Shown: one piece after another, positions 50,362-62,399 of the stretch | Layout: every line of letters starts with the position of its first letter | Position numbering within the stretch: the stretch's first letter is position 1 | DNA from: Takakia lepidozioides | Lineage: Eukaryota > Plantae > Bryophyta | DNA: 64,000 nt | Direction of reading: 5' to 3' | Assembly (NCBI GenBank): GCA_030704615.1 | Contig: CM060734.1 | Coordinates: forward strand, 23,002,001 to 23,066,000 | Program-made: the position numbers and the translations under genes | Notes under the pieces: generated by a model | The model's database searches: none | The model's input: the letters and a program-made list of their open reading frames with translations, nothing else | Told to the model about the DNA's origin: nothing

Positions 50362-53097
50362 TCGTTCAATGGGCCGACGGATGGTTGCCCATCCAAATGA
50401 TTTTCGTTCGCTGTGAGACTTGGCCAGTGTGTTCAATGTACCCTCCGATAGGTCCCAGTGTAATATGAGATCAATCGAAATTCGTTCCATGGGCCGATGA
50501 GGCGTTCAGTTGTCATCTGGTTTTTGTTCATTGCGAAAAAAAAGAAATCCTGCAATGCGTGCACGGCTATTGCACCCATTGAACGGATGTGGTTGAAGCC
50601 CCTCTTTTGCCCGCATGTGCTTGAACATGCGTGCGACACAACAGACGAATAAATCATTTGCCTCCCCATCGACACCGAGCCATTCCATAATGTAATTGAA
50701 TTTAAATTAATTTTAAGCCAATAAATAGGTTTGCACTGCCTTTCATTGGGGGTTTCTGGCACGTATCGATTTTGTTTCTGGCTCCATTTTGTTCTGCGGC
50801 TTCCAGCATCCCACCACTACTCCCCCGCCAAAATTTGGGCCAATCAAAAATGCCCCCAAAAAAAAGTGTTCTCTTTTGCTCACTATTGCAGAACTCTCTA
50901 TGAAGAGTGCATGAAAGTTGAACACAAATCAAGTTTGGAGTGCAAAACGGGGAAGAAACTGTGGTTTTGGGTCCAAATGAATTATGTTCGCTCCCAAATT
51001 TGGCACGCACGTTGCATATGGCTACATTACACGCCCCATTCAAAAACCGAATGAAAAAACAGAATCGCGAGCACGCGAAACACAGTCCAACAGGTCCCAA
51101 AGCAATAGCAGATCCAGCGGAATACATTCAACGGGTGAACGGATGGTTGCCCATCCAAATCATTTTTGTTTGCTTCCAAACTTTGCCAATACGTTCGAGA
51201 CACCCTCTCACAGGTCCCGGACTAATATCAGATCAATCGAAATTCATTCGATGGCTCAACGGATGGTTGGCCATCGAGATGATTTTGGTTCGCTTTGAGA
51301 CTTGGCCAGTATGTTCAACGTGCCATGGAAGAGGCCCCAGAGTAATATGAGATCAATCGAAATTCGTTCAATGGGCCGACGGATGGTTGCCCATCCAAAT
51401 GATTTTCGTTCGCTGTGAGACTTGGCCAGTGTGTTCAATGTACCCTCCGATAGGTCCCAGTGTAATATGAGATCAATTGAAATTCGTTCCATGGGCCGAT
51501 GAGGCGTTCAGTTGTCATCTGGTTTTTGTTCATTGCGAAAAAAAATAAAATCCTGCAATGCGTGCACGGCTATTGCACCCATTGAACGGATGTGGTTGAA
51601 GCCCCTCTTTTGCCCGCATGTGCTTGAACATGCGTGCGACACAACAGACGAATAAATCATTTGCCTCCCCATCGACACCGAGCCATTCCATAATGTAATT
51701 GAATTTAAATTAATTTTAAGCCAATAAATAGGTTTGCACTGCCTTTCATTGGGGGTTTCTGGCACGTATCGATTTTGTTTCTGGCTCCATTTTGTTCTGC
51801 GGCTTCCAGCATCCCACCACTACTCCCCCGCCAAAATTTGGGCCAATCAAAAATGCCCCCAAAAAAAAGTGTTCTCTTTTGCTCACTATTGCAGAATTCT
51901 CTATGAAGAGTGCATGAAAGTTGAACACAAATCAAGTTTGGAGTGCAAAACAGGGAAGAAACTGTGGTTTTGGGTCCAAATGAATTATGTTCGCTCCCAA
52001 ATTTGGCACGCACGTTGCATATGGCTACATTACACGCCCCATTCAAAAAACCGAATGAAAAAACAGAATCGCGAGCACGCGAAACACAGTCCAACAGGTC
52101 CCAAAGCAATAGCAGATCCAGCGGAATACATTCAACGGGTGAACGGATGGTTGCCCATCCAAATCATTTTTGTTTGCTTCCAAACTTTGCCAATACGTTC
52201 GAGACACCCTCTCACAGGTCCCGGACTAATATCAGATCAATCGAAATTCATTCAATGGCTCAACGGATGGTTGGCCATCGAGATGATTTTGGTTCGCTTT
52301 GAGACTTGGCCAGTATGTTCAACGTGCCATGGAAGAGGCCCCAGAGTAATATGAGATCAATCGAAATTCGTTCAATGGGCCGACGGATGGTTGCCCATCC
52401 AAATGATTTTCGTTCGCTGTGAGACTTGGCCAGTGTGTTCAATGTACCCTCCGATAGGTCCCAGTGTAATATGAGATCAATCGAAATTCGTTCCATGGGC
52501 CGATGAGGCGTTCAGTTGTCATCTGGTTTTTGTTCATTGCGAAAAAAAAGAAATCCTGCAATGCGTGCACGGCTATTGCACCTATTGAACGGATGTGGTT
52601 GAAGCCCCTCTTTTGCTCGCATGTGCTTGAACATGCATGCGACACAACAGACGAATAAATCATTTGCCTCCCCATCGACACCGAGCCATTCCATAATGTA
52701 ATTGAATTTAAATTAATTTTAAGACCCAAAGCAATAGCAGCTCCAACAAAATACATTCAACGGGTGAACGGATGGTTGCCCATCCAAATCATTTTTGTTA
52801 GCTTCCAAACTTTGCCAGCACGTTCCAGACACCCTCTCACAGGTCCCGGACTAATATCAGATCAATCGAAATCTCATTCAATGGCTCAACGGATGGTTGG
52901 CCATCGAAATGATTTTGGTTCGCTTTGAGACTTGGCCACTATGTTCAATGTGCCATGTAAGAGGCCCCAGAGTAATATGAGATCAATCGAAATTCGTTCA
53001 ATGGGCCAACGGATGGTTGCCCATCCAAATGATTTTCGTTCGCTTTCAAACCTTGGCCAGTGTGTTCAATGTACACCCTCTGATACATCCCAGTATA
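50362..53097. repeat. Tandem repeat with ~1.0-kb unit (~2.7 copies) containing ~110-bp subrepeats
   Basis: TCGTTCAATGGGCCGACGGATGG at 50362, 51364, 52368; each subrepeat carries GGATGGTTGCCCATCC. Confidence 0.93.
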
Positions 53098-53306
53098 CTA
53101 GGAGACCTTGAACACACGAGATCCTGGCTCAAGTTCACAGATTGCAAGACGACGACTAATGATGGGGCTACTCTTGTACCCGGCCTCTTGGTCTATAGAG
53201 TTTGAGTACAATAGGGACAGTGATAGAGGACTTAGTACGGCTGTGGCTATTACATCTTGTAGCTATCTGGAGTTAGAGGGACCTATCCACCAGCTAGGGG
53301 GGCGAT

Positions 53307-54138
53307 TGTGGCAGACTACTTTATTGTCCATATATGTGTGGTATAGTTTGGACAGCAATGTAGTTGTGTAGCGATACGTATGCGCACAACAGCTGTCAAG
53401 TTAAATAAACACAGCGTGAAACTAACTAGAATAAAGCTAGTTATTTGTATTTAATACTTGGATTTAGTTCAAGTGTTAAGTCAGGTGTCAAGTTTAGCTT
53501 GACACCTGAACCATCTTATCTTCACGAGAGCGTCAGTTGTGCGGCTCATCTCTCTCGAGTTGAGCCTGCACGACCGAGCTCCTTCACTGCTTAGAATCTG
53601 AGTGTGCTTATGAAGGGAGAATAGGATATTGTGGGGTGGAGTCCCCATAGCTTGGGGTGCCCCTGGCTCGACTCTTAGTTTAACGAGTGATGGTGTTGTA
53701 TTTCATGTTCTTGTGTCAACAGTGTGATTTTAGTTGTGGCAGACTACTTTATTGTCCATAAATGTGTGGTGTAGTTTGGACAGCGATGTAGTTGTGTAGC
53801 GATACGTATGCGCACGATAGCCTCCAGTTGATGTCGTGGTCGAAGTCTGGCGATTCAGGGCAGGGGCGAGTTGCAATTTCTCTATTCTTGAGGGATTGAG
53901 CTCCAAATGCAGGTTGTTGGCGAAGGGCTTGTGCATATGATTCCATGCATTGCCCATGAGGTGATGAAGTCGTGGAGCTGATATTGAGCTTGCGAATGCT
54001 TGCTGATGTCTACACAAAGTTTGGCCCAGACTTTCCGAGCTTCAGTTTGGATGTCAAAGAAGATGTGTAGTGTTAGACTACACACTCGCAGCTCTCCAAG
54101 TTGTTCCATAATTTCAGAGTAATAAAGTTTTTGTAACA
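53307..54138 (+). mobile_element. Nested LTR-like pieces: PPT plus LTR-B start (53307-~53387), truncated LTR-A (53394-53734), LTR-B restart (53735-54138)
   Basis: AGGGGGG tract then TGTGGCAGACTACTTTATTG twice; ends AATAAAG...TGTAACA; LTR-A matches 40207-40547; no TSD found. Confidence 0.5.
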
Positions 54139-54981
54139 TATGTATACCTTACATTGGCACGTTTTTAGATATTGAGTCAGCCTCGAAAAAACCTAAGAAT
54201 TTGAATAATGTACATAATGAAGTAAGTCTTTTGCACTACCGAACGGTCTTTTCTACCCTTGTAGAGTATTGCTAACCCAGTCATATATCCCATCAAAATA
54301 ATCTAGAAAATGCACTCACTGCTCCCATGGATTTGAGTCTCAACACATTTGATTTAGGGGAAGTTCCTGCTTGGCTCTATGGATGTACTCACCTAGAGAC
54401 AATGTGAGTACACTTCTTCCCAAGCTCTCCCCTTGCAGCTCAGTTTTGGCATATTTATGAAATTGAAGATCCAGTCCGCCATTGCCATCTTGACCATGCC
54501 GATTATTTTGCCTTATCTATTTATGCCAACTCGGATGTTTGTTACAGTGACCTCTATCAATCCTAGTTGGCATCCTGTTCCACTATTACTGTTTGAACCA
54601 TGCGTTCTCGCCTGTAGTCGCTTTGTCTTCTTTGCTAATATTTAGTTTGTTGTTCTTCTTTGTTTACGTATGCTTGCTAAATTAATAGTTGTATGGTTGT
54701 AGTTCCATTTACATGAATGTGTTTGCACTTAGGCATCATTGAAATGCATGGAGTATGGCCGACTATGGGCGCCCGTCCTCTCAGCCCCGGACCCTTTTGG
54801 TCCTCGTCATGGCCGGTTCGGCGGTCTCTCTTGTTTATGTCTCGGGCTCGTCCCTCATCCCTTGGATGTGTATCATGCCTCATGGCATCAATGGGGTTAA
54901 TTTTTCCCCTAAAATTAATCAATTGGCCAACGCCTTAAAAAAAAACACTCGTGAATCCACAAAAACTACTCCAGATTTGTG

Positions 54982-55025
54982 TTAACCCCTAAAGGACGAC
55001 GCGACCCGAATCTTCGGGTCACGTC
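54982..55025 (+). mobile_element. Possible piggyBac-like terminus (TTAA + CCCC + subterminal palindrome)
   Basis: TTAA CCCCTAAAG GACGACGCGACCCGAA-TC-TTCGGGTCACGTC; no partner end or transposase in the window. Confidence 0.35.
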
Positions 55026-55853
55026 AGATTACTTGCCATGCTCCAGTTCCCATGGATGATATGGGATGGAAGTGAACCTTGAAGATGAATTGTAGATGTC
55101 AGAGAGGAGCACATGTGGGAATGTAGAGCGCCAAAAAATCATAAAAGCTCTGCTCCCTATTGCAAAGGGGGGTGCTATTCCGTGAGCCTGGAGGCGTGAG
55201 CCTGTGAGCCCAGGAAACCGTGAGCCCAGCACAGACTCACGCCACGTCAGCATACATACAGGGCCTATTTCCGCGGGTTGATCAGCCATTTCCCGGGAAT
55301 GCAGAGTGGATATGTTACATCCATTGTATCCATTGCATCCATGCAGACGTTATCAACATACCAAGCCCTCACAAGTTTATGTGGGTACGTCGTGAGGAGG
55401 TGCACACTAACATGATCTAAAGCGGAACCCTGCGAAATCTTTTCTTACTCACCACCATTGCGAACATGCCATGTATGTGCGGGAGCATCATGGATGCTCA
55501 TTAGATTTGAGAATGCCTCACAGCTCTTTGATGAGGTGGACTTCACCGTGATGGATTCACCAACCATTCTTCTAGCAGGAATGGTTTGGAGACCAACGAC
55601 CAAATGATGCGAGAATGCTTTACACGAACCAAAGTCGTTTGTTTGTTTTTGCAATGCACTCAAGTCTGTGAGGTCCAGAAAAAACTAACTAGATTGAAGG
55701 AACAATCCGGGTAGTCCATGCAACCCCCATCTCCAACAATAGTTTGTTCCCATTAATGTGCATTCCACGCACACATTGCAAACATGACAACAAGGACACA
55801 CAACCATCCCATTTCAAATTTGGCCCCGAATAAAACCAAAAGAAAACTTCATA

Positions 55854-58800
55854 TCAAGTGTCATAGTCATCAGAATCAGTCTTGACCTCCTGTGCTATGT
55901 CATCCACAAAGATTCTGGCCCCAACACCACGTCTTCTACCACGGCCGTCGATGGGTGGACTTCGAGTGCCATGAACGGTCATGCTTGTTGCGAGTGCCTC
56001 CGCATAGACAGGTAGCACGCAAGACCGAGGAGGACTGGAAAGAAGTCCAAATAGGTGTGATAGCCCTGGAGGGCAAGTGGAAGCACGCAGACTCCTGCAC
56101 ATGTCGACAAAAACCCATTCAGAACACAATATGCAATACACAAGTCCAACGAAGAGGATGTCTGCCATGTGAACTTTGCCTCAAGAAGAGTGATTCTCGA
56201 TATTGAAACAACAATGCAAGCATCCACAGGTTGAACTTACTCACAGGCAAAGTCGGAGTCCAACTCCTTGTCGGAAGTCTCCTCTGTATCAATATCAGCG
56301 GGACAGGGCTTCGGAAGGACTTGAGAAGTGTGTCCACCCAAACCCATCAGGAGGTTCTTGTAAATCTCAGCATCCCCTTCAATCCCAAAGAGATGTCGGG
56401 CACTGGCCTTGCAAGCGTGGTACGAAGCACCTGCAGTGGAATAGAATGAAGGAAGCAGACATTGAAGACACATATGGAACGGTGGGAAGTACTGAAAGTG
56501 CAAGCTCAATCAAACCTCATGAAATCCAAATGTTGCAGAGACGAACCTGTACCCATTGACAAATCCAGAACTCTGGCGTCTGTGTAGGTGCAGCACTCCA
56601 CAATCGTTTGAATGAAAGCCGGGCTCCTCTCCCTCGCCCCTCTCCAAGGAACCCCATTCCCCCTTCGCAAGCAGACGTTGCTGTCGACGTAGTTGTGGTG
56701 CATGTCATCCGTGGGAGGATCTATCCTGTCGTCTATGAACTTGCCCCCATGAGTGATGGCGAACTCCGAAATGCCGGCCGGAGTCGTTGGTGGATGCACT
56801 CGGACGAGACAAACAGCTTCAAACAAACGAGTCTGCGAACAACACATCTAGAAGGAACTAAGAAGCTTAAAAATCAGGCCCCTACATATGAGTTCGAGCG
56901 ACCTACACAACTCCATCCGAGAACCACCAAGAAGAGGAAGAAGAAGGCAAATTTACCATCTCTCCCGGACGATCCCCCTTCGTAAGGTACATGCTGTTCA
57001 CACAATTCCATGTCTTCAGGACTCTCATGCCCGAGGCTTTCAAATAGCTGGCAAGTGCACGACGACAACGAACGTCGGCGGACTGTATGAGCACCAAAAC
57101 ACCTGCATCGGACAGGAAAAAATTGCAAAAAGAGAAAACCCACCGCTAGTAGCGCTCATCAAAAGCATTCCAACCCGGACAAGCACCCGATGGAGGGACA
57201 TCCGGGACTGCCAACCCATCAGGGATGTCCAAGATTATGAGTTCGGCTGCATATTGCTTCTCCTTCCCGTTCACCCAGGATTTGGTCATTTTAGCCTGCA
57301 AACAAAATTACAATGGAATACTCAAGAGGATTGAAACGATCCATGCCCACTGCAGAGAAGAAGCAAAAGAGAACACGCACCGTGCCGAGGAACTCTACAA
57401 TCCTCTCCCACACTGGTGATGGCTCGCCCTTGTAATCAGATTTCTTGGACTCCATCATGGCAAGGAATCCGACGTTGGCCATCTCCAACCTGGTAGGGCA
57501 AATGACCCTCGTTGGATGTTCCACTGCATGGTACGGGTCCTTGGGATCAACCACCCCCTTGTTCTTTCTCATGGATCCCCTGCCATGCGGTGGAGTCTGC
57601 TGGACATGCACCACTGGGCCAATATCTGCAACACTTCCCTGCCCTTGTGCCACCTTCCCTCTACCCCTTCCTTTCCCCACAACACCAGCAACATCTTTTC
57701 CCTTTGCCTTTCTACCTCTACCCGGGGTATCCTGAGTGGGAGGCTCCTTCTCTGCAAGAGTCCTCAAATTTCGTTCATGAATGTCGAGGTCGGCTGCTGC
57801 GGCAGTGGCTGCAATTCGCTCATTCTCTCTCCTCAAAGACACCTCCGGAGCTGGGGTCTCAGAAGGAGGGCAATCCAAATACCAACCACAAGAAGAAAGA
57901 TGGTCTGGGCCCCAGTCATGCAAGATCCCAGTAGTAAACATGGTCTGATTGCCAGCAGGGACAAGCCAGAGGTCCACGAAATCTGGATGTTTGTCCAAGC
58001 AATTCTCTTCCATGAGAACAAACTTTATGTACCTGCAGGAACAGAGACAGCCTCATTATGCAATGCAATTATTGTCTCTCAGCTTTTCCATCACACCAGG
58101 AAGACCCCCTTAAACTGTATGCGTCACAGTACATTGCAACCACAGCACACTAAGTAGCCTGAACGGCCCAGGGTGTGCACCTGTAAAGGCATTGTTTCCA
58201 GGCTTCCTCTCCTTTTTCTTGCTGGTCAAGGTCATGTGTTCGACTGATGCCACCCTCCTTGCTGAACTCTCTAAAGAAACAAGAGTGCCACACTGTGGCT
58301 CTCCATTTCCTCATGTATGCTTCGAAGGAGACCTTCGGTGCTGTCATAGTGATGCCATAGTCAGCCAGCTGAGTATGCAGAACCGACCGTGCCCTTTCTT
58401 CCAACTGCAAAACAATTCAAATGCAAGAATGAACCCAAAAAAAATCACAGCGAATGTGAGAGGCAATGGAAAGAGAAGGACAGGAAAAGAGAAAAGAAAG
58501 TGACACAGGAAAGGACATCACACCTGGCTCCAGTAAGTGGCCTTGTGAAGCCATGTGTCTAGCACATTGTCACTGACAGGAATGACACGCCGGGTCTTCT
58601 TCTCTTTCTCCGGCCTGGGGAACATGTGGGTATCCCTAACTGTGGGATCGGAGTTCCATATCTGTAGCCACTTCACCTTTGTTCTGAAGACACAACGGCG
58701 GTAGACAACCTGTGTAACTTCTCCTGGGCCATCTCTGGCTTGCCTGGCTTGTTATAATGGTTTTTTTATCTCCAGGAGAAACTGCGATCCGAATGATGGG

Positions 58801-59960
58801 TCGGCAATTCTCAACTGCTTCACAAAAGCACTCATTATAGTCCTTCTTGTAGCGGTCATCTCTTTTTGGATGTGACTCTCAACCCCCTTTGCTGTCCTTC
58901 TCTCCTCAGGGGTTGACCTGTAGTATTCCAGTTTGCCACGCTCCCCTGCATCTGCAATGTCTTGCTGCAAGGGAATGCACGAGAGTTGCATCAACCCAAG
59001 GGCAAGGGAAACAAACAGAAACAAACATGTGGAAGCAGGAATATGGAAAGGGCAGATGAAGGAAGATGTATTTCACCGTGTACATGTACTCCATGAAAGC
59101 CTCACGTGTCAACGAGTACCACGTTTCCGATGTCTTGGAGCTTTCGCACTTCTTGTACGTCTCTGCTGAAAGGATGGTCTTGAAGTTGGTCAAGGGCATC
59201 TGCCTGATCCTTTGTATCCTATACACTGTGTGAACCAGACTCGTTTTGACATGCGATGTCTCCGTTCCTCTGCAGAATGATATCTGAAAGTCAGAATGAA
59301 ATTCAAGGACTTTAATCAAAGAACCACGGAACTACAAGTGGAACATGTAGAATGAGAAACCAACCTGTTCACATCATTCATTGCCGTTAGAAGACCCATC
59401 ATGTTCCCCTCACAATCCAGCACCATCGATCGAACAAAGTAATGCCACTCTTCCTCTTGTGAGTGCAGCCTCCCAATAACAGCCATCCATGCAAGCAACC
59501 GGTGGTTCCCATCCCAAACGTGAAACATCTTCCCCGAGAATGCCTGGGTGGAAGGTTTCCTGGAGAGAAGAAGTTCGAAGGATTCGTTCACCTGTCTCCA
59601 AATATGATCCCAGGAGTCCACGATTGACTCATCCACAAGGAGCTCATTGCCTGTGGAATCATTTGTACAAACGTAAAACACTTCGGATCCATCCAAATAC
59701 CCATGAACAAACTCGGCCTCTAGCTTGAGAATGTCCTTGATGAGGGGTGGTCGAACGACGGGCATGGAAACCATCCTACACAGGGGAATCTTCAACCTCC
59801 CACCCGGGGCAAGCATACTTTGCACCACAAGCTGAGAGTTTACCTTCTGACCCCCCAGCATCTCAGCGGCTTTGCTTTCATAGAACTCATCGTCAACATC
59901 AACAATGATCTCCTTCCCCAGCCCCGAAGGGATCTCCTCCGCCACACTTTGCATATTCTC
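55854..59960 (-). pseudogene. Spliced gene: ParB/Srx-like N-terminal domain fused to a beta-class N6-adenine/N4-cytosine DNA methyltransferase-like domain (~1,040 aa)
   Basis: Exons 59960-59365, 59269-59077, 58964-58524, 58404-58181, 58032-57381, 57295-56957, 56832-56547, 56430-56245, 56065-55854, all GT-AG and phase-matched; VWDGNHR; ELIILDIPDG; FLSDAGVLVL; ERSPAFIQTIVECCT...VLDLSMGTGASYHAC...RHLFGIEGD; one TAG (57148-57146) and two compensating frameshifts in exon 3. Confidence 0.8.
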
Positions 59961-60053
59961 CTGCAGGGTTGTTCATTCAAATTGATATAAGAGTGAGGCA
60001 TGAGACGATGGTGTTTGAGCATGGCAGACAGGCCATGTGCGGAAGAAAAGATG

Positions 60054-62274
60054 AGCTCAAACAGTGTGCGTTGACGCACACTGTTTGAGCTGCAAGGTAA
60101 GTGTTCATTGAACCTCAAAGACATGCCACGTAAGTGTTCATTGAACCTCAATGAGAAGCCCTTAGTGGCCGATTTTCAGATGAAAAAAAAAGAAAAGGTG
60201 AGCTCAAACAGTGAGCGTTGACGCACACTGTTTGGGCTGCAAGGTAAGTGTTCAGTGAACCTCAGAGACATGCCACGTAAGTGTTCATTGAACCTCAGAG
60301 ACATGCCAGGTAAGTGTTCATTGAACCTCAAAGAGAAGCCCTTAATGGCCGATTTTCAGATGACAAAGGCAATGACAAGGTGAGCTCAAACAGTGTGCGT
60401 TGACGCACACTATTTGAGCTGCCAGGTAAGTGTTCATTGAACCTCAGAGACATGCCCTGTATTGCCGAATTTCACAGAGGAAAAACAGTGACAAGGTGTG
60501 CTCAAACAGTGTGTGGCAATGCACACTATTTGAGCTCCTAGGTAAGTGATGATTGATCCTCAAATACAAACCCTATGTGGCCGATTTTCAGATGACAAAG
60601 GCAATGACAAGGTGAGCTCAAACAGTGTGCATTGACGCACACTGCTTGAGCTGCCAGGTAAGTGTTCATTGAACCTCCGAGACATGCCCTATATTGCCGA
60701 ATTTCACAGGGAAAAAACAGTGACAAGGTGTGCTCAAATAGTGTGCGGCAACGCACACTGTTTGAGCTGCCAGGTAAGTGATGATTGATCCTCAAATACA
60801 AACCCTATGTGGCCGATTTTCAGATGACAAAGGCAATGACAAGGTGAGCTCAAACAGTGTGCGTTGACGCACACTGCTTGAGCTGCCAGGTAAGTGTTCA
60901 TTGAACCTCCGAGACATGCCCTGTATTGCCGAATTTCACAGGGAAAAAACAGTGACAAGGTGTGCTCAATCAGTGTGCGGCAACGCACACTGTTTGAGCT
61001 CCTAGGTAAGTGATGATTGATCCTCAAATACAAACCCTATGTGGCCGATTTTCAGATGACAAAGGCAATGACAAGGTGAGCTCAGACAGTGTGCGTTGAC
61101 GCACACTGTTTGAGCTACCAGGTAAGTGTTCATTGAACCTCCGAGACATGCCCTGTATTGCCGAATTTCACAGGGAAAAAACAGTGACAAGGTGTGCTCA
61201 ATCAGTGTGCGGCAATGTACACTATTTGAGCTCCTAGGTAAGTGATGATTGATCCTCAAATACAAACCCTATGTGGCCGATTTTCAGATGACAAAGGCAA
61301 TGACAAGGTGAGCTCAGACAGTGTGCGTTGACGCACACTGTTTGAGCTGCCAGGTAAGTGTTCATTGAACCTCCGAGACATGCCCTGTATTGCCGAATTT
61401 CACAGGGAAAAAACAGTGACAAGGTGTGCTCAATTAGTGTGCGGCAACGCACACTGTTTGAGCTCCTAGGTAAGTGATGATTGATCCTCAAATACAAACC
61501 CTATGTGGCCGATTTTCAGATGACAAAGGCAATGACAAGGCGAGCTCAAACAGTGTGCGTTGACGCACACTGTTTGAGCTGCCAGGTGAGTGTTCATTGA
61601 ACCTCCGAGACATGCCCTGTATTGCCGAATTTCACAGGGAAAAAACAGTGACAAGGTGTGCTCAAACAGTGTGTGGCAACGCATGCTGTTTGAGCTGCCA
61701 AATAATTGTTCATCGATCCTCAGAGACATGCCCTATGTGGCCAATTCTCAAATGAAAAAGGCAATGATAAGGGTAGCTCAAACAGTGTGCGCCAACGCAC
61801 ACTGTTTGAGCTGCCAGGTAAGTGATGATTGATCCTCAAATTCATACCCTATGTGGCCGATTTTCAGATGACAAAGACAATTACAATGTGAGCTCAAACA
61901 GTGTGCGTTGACGCACACTGTTTGAACTGCCATGTAAGTGATGATTGATCCTCAAATATATGCCGTTTGTGGCCGTTTTTCAGATGAAAATACAATGACA
62001 AAGTGGGCTCAAACAGTGTGCGCCAACGCACACTGTTTGAGCTGTCAAATAGTGGAGAATTGAACCGGGCATAGTGGCCCTATCTGGCCGTTTTTCACAC
62101 CATCAACCAAGTAAAATGCGGGGCTCAAATAGTGTGCGTCAACGCACACTGTTTCAGCATCCAATTCGTGGTGGATTTAACCTACCGTAGTTCCCCTATT
62201 TGGTTGTTTCGCACATCAACAAGCCAGCAAAATGGAAGGCTCAAACAGTGTGCGTCAACGCACACTGTTTGAGC
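60054..62274. repeat. Array of 19 36-bp palindromes GCTCAAACAGTGTGCGT-NN-ACGCACACTGTTTGAGC with 116-bp period (232-bp higher-order A/B unit in the middle)
   Basis: Starts at 60055, 60202, 60384, then every 116 bp to 61892, then 62007, 62123, 62239. Confidence 0.95.
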
Positions 62275-62399
62275 TTCTTGTTCGCGGTTGATGCAACCTG
62301 GCAGAGATGTCGTGTGTAGACTATGTTCATATGGAAATAGAATCTCAACTTGGGTTCACATCAGCAATGAAGCACAAAGGTGGGTTTCAAAGATTGAAC

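Noticed and set aside
50433-52756. ORFs of 100-200 aa in the 1-kb repeat
   Set aside because: Frames change between near-identical units; no recognisable domains
60538-61832. Repeated 87-aa ORFs (MYLRINHHLP...)
   Set aside because: By-products of the 232-bp repeat, with non-ATG starts and no coding evidence
60054-62274. CRISPR array (36-bp palindromic repeats at regular spacing)
   Set aside because: Spacers are ~80 bp, homologous to each other and alternate A/B; no cas genes; spliced eukaryotic context
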